Shown here: one piece after another, positions 26,219 through 32,697 of the stretch
Numbering within the stretch: the first letter of the stretch is position 1
How the letters are laid out: each line of letters begins with the position of its first letter
Origin: Armatimonadaceae bacterium
GTDB taxonomy: Bacteria > Armatimonadota > Armatimonadia > Armatimonadales > Armatimonadaceae
Assembly: GCA_035539875.1 (NCBI GenBank)
Contig: DATLHN010000252.1
Location: 1 to 38,500, forward strand
Direction: 5' to 3'
Length of the DNA: 38,500 nt
Program-made: the position numbers and the translations under genes
Notes under the pieces: generated by a model
What the model was told of the DNA's origin: nothing
Seen by the model: only the letters and a program-made list of their open reading frames with translations
The model's database searches: none

Positions 26219-27388
26219 TCAGTCGCGGTACAGCAGGAACGCCTCGCGCGCCTTCTGGAACGCCTTCAGGTCGGGGGTCCAGCGCTTCGAGATCGTGGCG
26301 TAGTCCTCGCCCGCCAGCAGACCGTCCATGGCGGCGCGGTTCGCGAGGAGCGTGAGATAGCGGCTGGCCTGCCACTCCTCGAGGTACAGCGCGCGCATGG
26401 CGAGCGCGATCTCGATGCCCGCCCGCACCGGCTGGAACTTCACGCGGTCGGTCACGACGATATTGATGCCCCCGCACGACTCGCCCGCGAACTTGCTGGC
26501 GGCAGGCGTGAAGCGTATCGGAATGAAGCGGACGCCGGGCATCTGTCGAGCATTCAGGTAGTAGGCCAGCGTGCGACCGTCGATGTAGGGCGCGCCGAGA
26601 ACCTCGAAGGGCGTGTCGGTCCCGCGGCCGACGCTGACGTTGGTGAACTCGATCAGGCCGACCCCGGGGTAGTTCAAAGCCTGGGCGAGCGAGCGCATGT
26701 TCGGGGAGGGGTTCGTCCACTGGAGGCCGGTGGCGTCCCAGTAGTCGGAGCGCTTCCACCCCTCGCACTTGACGACGACCAGTTCGACGTCGAGCCCGCG
26801 CTCGGCCTTGTAGAGCTGGGCCATCTCGCCCATCGTCATCCCGTGCCGTACGGGCACGGGGTGGAACGCGGTGAACGACAGGCGCGTCTCGTCCGCCACA
26901 GGCCCCTCGACCGCTACCCCGCCGATGGGGTTGGGCCGGTCCAGCACGACGTAGCGGATCTTGTTGCGCGCGGCGGCCTGAAGGCAGTGGCCGAGGGTGG
27001 AGCTATAGGTGTAGAATCTACAACCGACGTCCTGGATGTCGTAGACCAGGGTGTCGACCCCCTTGAGCTGCTCGTCGGTCGGTTCGGTCCGCTGGCCGTA
27101 GAGGGAGAAGACCGGTACGCCCGTGCGCTCGTCCACGCCGTCGGGGATCGACTCGTCGAGCATGCCGCGGATGCCGTGCTCGGGGCCGAAGAGAACCTTG
27201 AGGTCGAACCCGCCCGCCAGGTGCAGTGCGTCGATGGTCGTCACCTTGCCGTCCCGGAGCAGCCCGGTGTGGTTGGTGACCAGGCCCACCTTCGCTCCCT
27301 GGAGAAGGCTGAATCCGTCGCGGTTCAAAACGTCGATGCCCGTCCGGACCGACGGGAAGTCGTCAGATTCTGGTTCCACAAGGCTCAT
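26219..27388 (-). CDS. DUF1343 family protein (NamZ-like exo-beta-N-acetylmuramidase)
   Basis: 389 aa. KVGLVTNHTGL is followed by LFGPEHGIRG, VYDIQDVGCRFYTY and LDRPNPIGG, all typical of DUF1343. Confidence 0.85.
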   Translation of the reverse strand: MSLVEPESDDFPSVRTGIDVLNRDGFSLLQGAKVGLVTNHTGLLRDGKVTTIDALHLAGGFDLKVLFGPEHGIRGMLDESIPDGVDERTGVPVFSLYGQRTEPTDEQLKGVDTLVYDIQDVGCRFYTYSSTLGHCLQAAARNKIRYVVLDRPNPIGGVAVEGPVADETRLSFTAFHPVPVRHGMTMGEMAQLYKAERGLDVELVVVKCEGWKRSDYWDATGLQWTNPSPNMRSLAQALNYPGVGLIEFTNVSVGRGTDTPFEVLGAPYIDGRTLAYYLNARQMPGVRFIPIRFTPAASKFAGESCGGINIVVTDRVKFQPVRAGIEIALAMRALYLEEWQASRYLTLLANRAAMDGLLAGEDYATISKRWTPDLKAFQKAREAFLLYRD

Positions 27389-27523
27389 TAAACCACAGTG
27401 ATGCCGTTACGAGGGGGGAAGCACCGCAAATCTTGACGCGGGTCTGTACGAATCGCGGAAACACTCCGATAACTGAAGACAGTAACCACCGATCGTTCGC
27501 TCGCCAGGTCACCGGAAGCCGCC

Positions 27524-28177
27524 ATGATCTCCATACTACTCGCTGATGATCACCTCCTCGTCCGACAGGGTCTACGGGTGCTGCTCTCGACGCAGTCCGA
27601 CTTCAAGATCGTGGACGAGGCGGCCGACGGCCGTGAGGCCCTCGAGAAGGCCGAGAGGCACCGGCCGAACGTGCTGGTGGTGGACCTCGCGATGCCCGGA
27701 CTCGACGGCCTCGAGGTGACGCGCCTGGTCACCCAGCGGCAGCCGGACACCCGCGTCGTCGTCGTGTCGATGCACGCGAGCGAAGAGCACGTGCTGAAGG
27801 CGCTGCGCCACGGCGCCCAGGGCTACGTGCTGAAAGAGGCGAGCGCGGACGAGTTGACCCAGGCGATCCGCTCCGTCATGGAGGGACGGCGTTACCTCTG
27901 CTCGGCGATCTCCGAGCGCGCCATAGACGCCTACGTCAACCGCACCGACGTCCAGCCACTCGACATTTACGAGACGCTGACCACCCGCGAGCGCGAGGTG
28001 TTCCAGCTGGTCGCGGAGGGCTACACCAACGCGGAGGCTGCCGAGCGGCTCTTCATCAGCATACGGACCGTGGAGACTCACCGCGCTTCGGTAATGCGCA
28101 AGCTCAACCTGCGCTCGCAGGCGCACCTCGTCGCCTACGCCATGCGGCGTGGAATGGTGCCGGAGATGACCCATTAG
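27524..28177 (+). CDS. response regulator, NarL/FixJ family (REC + LuxR-type HTH)
   Basis: MISILLADDHLLVRQGL...VLVVDLAMPGLDG forms the REC domain. The C-terminal LTTREREVFQLVAEGYTNAEAAERLFISIRTVETHRASVMRKL is a GerE/LuxR HTH. Confidence 0.9.
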   Translation: MISILLADDHLLVRQGLRVLLSTQSDFKIVDEAADGREALEKAERHRPNVLVVDLAMPGLDGLEVTRLVTQRQPDTRVVVVSMHASEEHVLKALRHGAQGYVLKEASADELTQAIRSVMEGRRYLCSAISERAIDAYVNRTDVQPLDIYETLTTREREVFQLVAEGYTNAEAAERLFISIRTVETHRASVMRKLNLRSQAHLVAYAMRRGMVPEMTH

Positions 28178-28190
28178 AGACGAAAACGCA

Positions 28191-28229
28191 AACTACGTAG
28201 TGCTCCGGAGTGAACTACGTAGTTCTCCG
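28191..28229 (+). promoter_or_regulatory. tandem 17-nt direct repeat, each copy containing the perfect 10-bp palindrome ACTACGTAGT (candidate operator)
   Basis: AACTACGTAGTGCTCCG (28191-28207) and AACTACGTAGTTCTCCG (28213-28229) match at 16 of 17 positions. The palindrome centres are 22 bp apart. The element lies between the RR stop (28177) and the first pilin-like gene (28319). Confidence 0.6.
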
Positions 28230-28318
28230 ACTCCGTCTCAGCTCGATTCCTGCCGTATTCCTAAACACGGAACGGAATATGCAGTGTCCCTCATAACGCC
28301 GTCCGGGAGCCCGAAATC

Positions 28319-28768
28319 ATGACGCGAATACCCGCAGCCCGTAACCGTAGAAGACGGACAAGCGCAGGCGCCCTGCTACTGGACGTCATGCTGGCGATCT
28401 TCGTTTGCACGTCCGTCATCATCACGGCGGTCTCGCTGATCACGACAGCGGTTGCCGCGTCGGAAAGTTCCAAGCAGAACACCGTCGCCTACAACGCCGC
28501 CCGCCAGGCCATCGAGAACCTGCGGCAGTACAAGGACGCGAAGATCCAGGACGGCACCTACACGGACCTGTCCGTCTTCGGCGCGATACCCCAGCTGACG
28601 GAGGACAACGTACTCCGGAACCCGCAGGCCCGCATGACCGTCAGCACGTTCCGCAACCCGGTGAAGATGGTCACGGTGACCGTCACCTTTCAGGCCGGAA
28701 GTACGGGGCAGCGCACCGTCCGCCGCCGCGTGACCAGCATTGTCTCGCCCCGAGGAGTGGCCCCATGA
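28319..28768 (+). CDS. pseudopilin-like protein A (GspI/PilV-like size and layout), non-canonical prepilin leader
   Basis: MTRIPAARNRRRRTSAG/ALLLDVMLAIFVCTSVIITAVSLITTAVA has a basic leader, Gly at -1 and an acidic residue (D) at +5, then a roughly 25-aa hydrophobic helix and a small beta-rich domain (VKMVTVTVTFQAGSTGQRTVRRRVTSIV). GGGAG RBS lies upstream. Confidence 0.6.
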   Translation: MTRIPAARNRRRRTSAGALLLDVMLAIFVCTSVIITAVSLITTAVAASESSKQNTVAYNAARQAIENLRQYKDAKIQDGTYTDLSVFGAIPQLTEDNVLRNPQARMTVSTFRNPVKMVTVTVTFQAGSTGQRTVRRRVTSIVSPRGVAP

Positions 28769-29574
28769 CACCTACCCGACGCGGGCGTTCGACGCGCTCC
28801 CGGAGGACTGCCTCCTCCCTGACCGAAGCACTGGTATTCGCCGCCGTGCTCGGCCTGCTGATGACCGGCGTCCTCGCCCTCGTCTCCTTCGCGGCCACCA
28901 CGGGGACGAAGACGATGACGATGGACGATCTCGGCGACGACGCGCGCCTCGCGGTGGACGAAGTGGTGTACCAGGTGCGTTCGGGCGACCTCATACTCCC
29001 GAGCCGGACGCTGGGAACCCTCTCCTACCAGACGAACGGGTCGAGCATCGTCCTTCGCACGCCGGGCTACGATCCGGCCACGACCGCCGTCTTTACCGGA
29101 AACAGCGATTTCGTCGCGCTCCGATTCGATCAGAACACGAGGATGCTAACCCAGACGATCCAGAAGAGCACGGGCTCCGCCCGGCCCACGCGAACCGAGA
29201 AGGTCCTGGCCCGGAACGTGGCCTCGACCATCTTCACCTACCGGGTGCGCGACCAGTTCACGCCGACGGAGAGCGGACTGCACACGCTCACGCTCTCCCG
29301 GGTCCCACTCTCCGCGCCGAAGGTGTTCATCAACGGGGTGCCCGCGGCGAGCACCTTCAGCGGGATGGCCCAGTCCGTGACGGTCACCACACCGTATCGC
29401 GGGTCCGATGTCCAGGTGACGTACGCCGTCAGCCCGACCGCGAATTCGGGGGCCGCGCTCAACAGCGTGACGGAGGTCGATGTTACCATCCGGCTCACCG
29501 ACCGTGACCAGCGCAACATCGAACGAGTACAGACGCTTCAAGGCGGGGCGCGCCTGCGCAACCGACGCCTCTAA
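28765..29574 (+). CDS. pseudopilin-like protein B (GspJ/PilW-like size), non-canonical leader
   Basis: The ATG at 28765 overlaps the stop of gene A (ATGA). GAGGAG RBS is 7 nt upstream. MTPTRRGRSTRSRRTA/SSLTEALVFAAVLGLLMTGVLALVSF has E at +5 if cleaved after Ala. The longer track ORF (from 28405) is an out-of-frame read across gene A. Confidence 0.6.
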   Translation: MTPTRRGRSTRSRRTASSLTEALVFAAVLGLLMTGVLALVSFAATTGTKTMTMDDLGDDARLAVDEVVYQVRSGDLILPSRTLGTLSYQTNGSSIVLRTPGYDPATTAVFTGNSDFVALRFDQNTRMLTQTIQKSTGSARPTRTEKVLARNVASTIFTYRVRDQFTPTESGLHTLTLSRVPLSAPKVFINGVPAASTFSGMAQSVTVTTPYRGSDVQVTYAVSPTANSGAALNSVTEVDVTIRLTDRDQRNIERVQTLQGGARLRNRRL

Positions 29575-29592
29575 CTAAGGACGACTCCAAAC

Positions 29593-30855
29593 ATGAGCAG
29601 CGCACTCCCCGAGTGGAAAGGTAACGGCGCAATGAGCGGCCCGAACCCAGTAGCGAGCATCTCCCCCGCGGCGCGGCGGCGCAAGCGCGCCGGGTTCGCC
29701 ACCATGACGACGCTCTTCATGGTCGTCCTCGCGGTCGTCGCCGTGTTCGTCATCATCAGCTCCTCGCTGGCGCAGATCCAGCTCTCGAGGCGGGGCCAGA
29801 ACCGCTCCACGGCGCTGGTGCTGGCGGAAGCGGGGGTTGACGACACGCTCGACCGGCTGAGGCTGAACCCAAAGTATGTGGGCGGCAGCGGCACGCTGTT
29901 CGAGGACCCGCCGACCAACACCGCAACCTTCGGCACCTACGCCACGACCGTCACGGAGCTCACGGAGGAGACCCGCAAGGTCCAGTCCGTGGGCACCAAC
30001 CCGGACGGTTCGACCGGCGAGGTGGCGGCGATCGTGCGCATCGACATGCGCGCCCTCGGGAGCGCGGCGATCGCGTCGAACCATGCGGTCAACATCAACG
30101 GCACCGCGAACATCCTCACGACGCCCCTGGACGCCCACGTCGCCAACGTCCACAGCAACAACAACGTCGTCATGGGCAGCAACAGCATCGTGGACGGCTA
30201 CCTGTCGGCCGTGGGTACGACTTCGGGGACCGCGTACTTCCCCTCGAAGCCGGGCTCGCCCGAGATGTACTTCCCGGACAGTGCGACCACGACGGATTGG
30301 CGGCAGAAGTGGGCTCTGCAGGCCATGGCGGGCGGCGTGATCAACAGCAATGTTAATAAGAGTGCGACCATCACCGGCCCGAAGTACATCAACGGCGACA
30401 TTACGCTGAACAACTACGAGTCGGTGAAACTCACGGGCTCGGGCATCATCTACGTGAGGGGCAACGTGCGACTCACCGGCCAGGCCATACTGGAGAACGG
30501 CGTCACCCTCATCGTGGAAGGCACCTTCGAGCAGCAGGGCGGCACCGTGTACAAGGTCACAACGGGTATCACGCCGACCCCGACACTCGCCGTATACGGC
30601 TCGAACAAATCGGACACGGACGACGTCGTGTCCCTCGCCGGCGGCTCCCTCAACGTTCACCAGGGGATCGTTTACGCGGTAAAAGGCCGGATCAAGGTCG
30701 CGGGCGGTTCCACCTTCGTCGGGGCGCTGGTGGCGGGCGGCAAGGCGGGCGGCGTGGCGGCGACGGGTAACTACACCCACCTCTATCCGAAGGACATGGC
30801 GTCCATCATCAAGTTCCCCACGGACCCGCGCGTGGAGAGCATTATCGAATTCTGA
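29593..30855 (+). CDS. large pilin-like protein C (PilX/GspK-like N-terminus with repetitive beta-rich C-terminal domain)
   Basis: ...AARRRKRAG/FATMTTLFMVVLAVVAVFVIISSSLAQIQLSRRGQNRSTALVLAEAGVDD resembles a PilX_N-type N-terminus. The remainder is rich in short G/N/V/I repeats. An alternative start is the ATG at 29632. Confidence 0.6.
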   Translation: MSSALPEWKGNGAMSGPNPVASISPAARRRKRAGFATMTTLFMVVLAVVAVFVIISSSLAQIQLSRRGQNRSTALVLAEAGVDDTLDRLRLNPKYVGGSGTLFEDPPTNTATFGTYATTVTELTEETRKVQSVGTNPDGSTGEVAAIVRIDMRALGSAAIASNHAVNINGTANILTTPLDAHVANVHSNNNVVMGSNSIVDGYLSAVGTTSGTAYFPSKPGSPEMYFPDSATTTDWRQKWALQAMAGGVINSNVNKSATITGPKYINGDITLNNYESVKLTGSGIIYVRGNVRLTGQAILENGVTLIVEGTFEQQGGTVYKVTTGITPTPTLAVYGSNKSDTDDVVSLAGGSLNVHQGIVYAVKGRIKVAGGSTFVGALVAGGKAGGVAATGNYTHLYPKDMASIIKFPTDPRVESIIEF

Positions 30856-30863
30856 CGTAACAG

Positions 30864-30906
30864 GCCGCGCCCCGGAGGAGTCTCATCCCCGGGGCGCGGC
30901 TTTTCC
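30864..30906 (+). terminator. strong rho-independent terminator after the pilin-like cassette
   Basis: gccgcgccccgg (30864-30875) pairs perfectly with ccggggcgcggc (30889-30900), followed by TTTTCC. Confidence 0.8.
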
Positions 30907-30939
30907 GCGTTCCACGGACGTGCGAAGCGGAGAACAGCC

Positions 30940-32616
30940 GTGCTAGGTGACGATGCACCGTTAGCCCTCACACCCCCTCCGGGGAACCTCCTCTCGACGG
31001 CCCGCTTCCGCGTACTGGCCGTCTTCTTCTGTTTCTCGCTGCTCCTGCTCTCCGGGCTCTCCGTGTGGCAGACGATCGAGGCTTACCGCGCCAGCGCACT
31101 GGTGAAGCGGCTTTCGGAGGAGAGCGCGGAGACCGCCGCCCGCATCCTCGCGCTCGAAGGGCGCGGCCTCGGCAACTTCATCTCGGATTACTCGCCCTGG
31201 GACGAGATGGCCCGGTTCGTCCGGACGGGCGATCCCGCCTGGGCTAAGATCAACATCCGCACCGTGCAGGGCAACTTCCAGGCCGACATCGTCCAGGTCT
31301 TCACCCCGGGGGGGAGGCGCGTTCTCTCTTCGGTGCGGGAATCCCAGCTCGGAATCCCGGACTTCGATCTGATCCCCGCCCCTTCCCGGCGGAGCATCTC
31401 CGATCAGCGGCTCGCCCACTATTATCTGTGGACCGCCTCGGGACTCGTCGAAGTACAGGCTGCCAGCATCCACCCCACGGGAGACCCCTACCGCCGCGGA
31501 ACGCCGCGCGGACTGCTCGCCGGGGGCCGCCTGTGGGACGACGAACATCTCGCCACCATTGAAAAACTGACCGCGTCCCGCATACGACTCCTCCCGGCAA
31601 CGACCGCCGACGATTCCTTCGCGGACGGCGCGGACACCGCCTTTCGCATTCGCCTCCCGGGGCCGGACGGACGCACCGCCGCACTCCTGGACTTCACGCG
31701 TCCGGAAACCACCGTGGAGATGCTTACCCGTCCCACGCGTCAGGTCATCGCTTCGGTGGCCCTGGTGGACGGCGTCATGATGGTCCTGTTGCTGCTCGCG
31801 CTGCGATCGAACGTGACGCAGCCGCTCTCCTCGGTTACCCGCTACCTTTCGAGCGGAGATGTCGGCGCGCTCGAGAGGCTGCGCCGGTCCGGTTCCGAAT
31901 TCCGGCGCATCGCCCAGATGCTCGCCGAGCACGACCGCAATCGGGCGGAGTTGCGTGAATCGCGCCGTCAGTACCGGGAGTTGACCCAGCGCCTCGTGCA
32001 GGTACAGGAGGGCGAGCGGGCGCACCTCGCCCGCGAACTTCACGACGAGATCGGGCAGACCCTCACGGGGCTGAACCTCATGCTGGCCGGAATCGACCCG
32101 GCGCGGCCGGACGCCGCGGAGCGGCGCGACGCCGCCCGCGCCCTCGTCACCGACCTCATGGGGCAGGTGCGGGGACTCTCCCTGACGCTGCGCCCTCCCA
32201 TGCTCGACGACCTGGGCCTGTTGCCCACGCTGACCTGGTTCGTCCAGCGCTTCACGGCGCAGACGGGCGTCGCCGTCGCGCTGCGCCACTCCGCCCTGGA
32301 GCGGCGCTTCCCGCCCGCGGTGGAGACCGCCGCCTACCGGATCGTGCAGGAGGCGCTCACCAACGTCGCGCGCCACTCCGGGGCGACCGAGGCGCGGGTC
32401 AACGCCTGGGCGGACGACGAGGCGCTCCACATCCAGATCGAGGACCACGGCGCGGGCTTCCCCTCGCGCCCCGACGGCACGCCCTCCGTCTCCCACACCG
32501 GCGGACTGATCGGGATGCGCGAGCGGGCGGAGCTGGTCGGCGGCACCCTGGCCGTCGATTCGACGCCCGACTCCGGCACGCTCGTCTCGGTGACCCTGCC
32601 GCTCCCGGTCGCGTAG
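30940..32616 (+). CDS. sensor histidine kinase (CHASE4-like extracytoplasmic domain, HisKA_3, HATPase_c)
   Basis: GTG start with GGAGA 6 nt upstream. TM1 is RFRVLAVFFCFSLLLLSGLSVW. The sensor region of about 230 aa contains FISDYSPWDEMARFV. TM2 is VIASVALVDGVMMVLLLLAL. The H-box is ERAHLARELHDEIGQTL. ATPase motifs: EALTNVARHS, DHGAGF, GGLIGMRERAELVGG. Confidence 0.85.
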   Translation: MLGDDAPLALTPPPGNLLSTARFRVLAVFFCFSLLLLSGLSVWQTIEAYRASALVKRLSEESAETAARILALEGRGLGNFISDYSPWDEMARFVRTGDPAWAKINIRTVQGNFQADIVQVFTPGGRRVLSSVRESQLGIPDFDLIPAPSRRSISDQRLAHYYLWTASGLVEVQAASIHPTGDPYRRGTPRGLLAGGRLWDDEHLATIEKLTASRIRLLPATTADDSFADGADTAFRIRLPGPDGRTAALLDFTRPETTVEMLTRPTRQVIASVALVDGVMMVLLLLALRSNVTQPLSSVTRYLSSGDVGALERLRRSGSEFRRIAQMLAEHDRNRAELRESRRQYRELTQRLVQVQEGERAHLARELHDEIGQTLTGLNLMLAGIDPARPDAAERRDAARALVTDLMGQVRGLSLTLRPPMLDDLGLLPTLTWFVQRFTAQTGVAVALRHSALERRFPPAVETAAYRIVQEALTNVARHSGATEARVNAWADDEALHIQIEDHGAGFPSRPDGTPSVSHTGGLIGMRERAELVGGTLAVDSTPDSGTLVSVTLPLPVA

Positions 32617-32664
32617 CCCAGGTACCGCCCGGCCCCGGTGCTCCCGGCTTTTTCGCCCCGCGCG

Positions 32665-32673
32665 TGCTATAAT
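32665..32673 (+). promoter_or_regulatory. candidate extended -10 promoter element for lysS
   Basis: TGcTATAAT at 32665-32673 in the HK-lysS intergenic region. The -35 element is weak. Confidence 0.4.
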
Positions 32674-32697
32674 GCCGCGCAGCAAACAACCCGATTC

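Noticed and set aside
28319-29700. Arg-rich N-termini of the three cassette proteins as Tat signal peptides.
   Set aside because: There is no S/T-R-R-x-F-L-K consensus. The hydrophobic helices are too long and lack an AxA cleavage site. The layout fits prepilin-like or signal-anchor sequences better.
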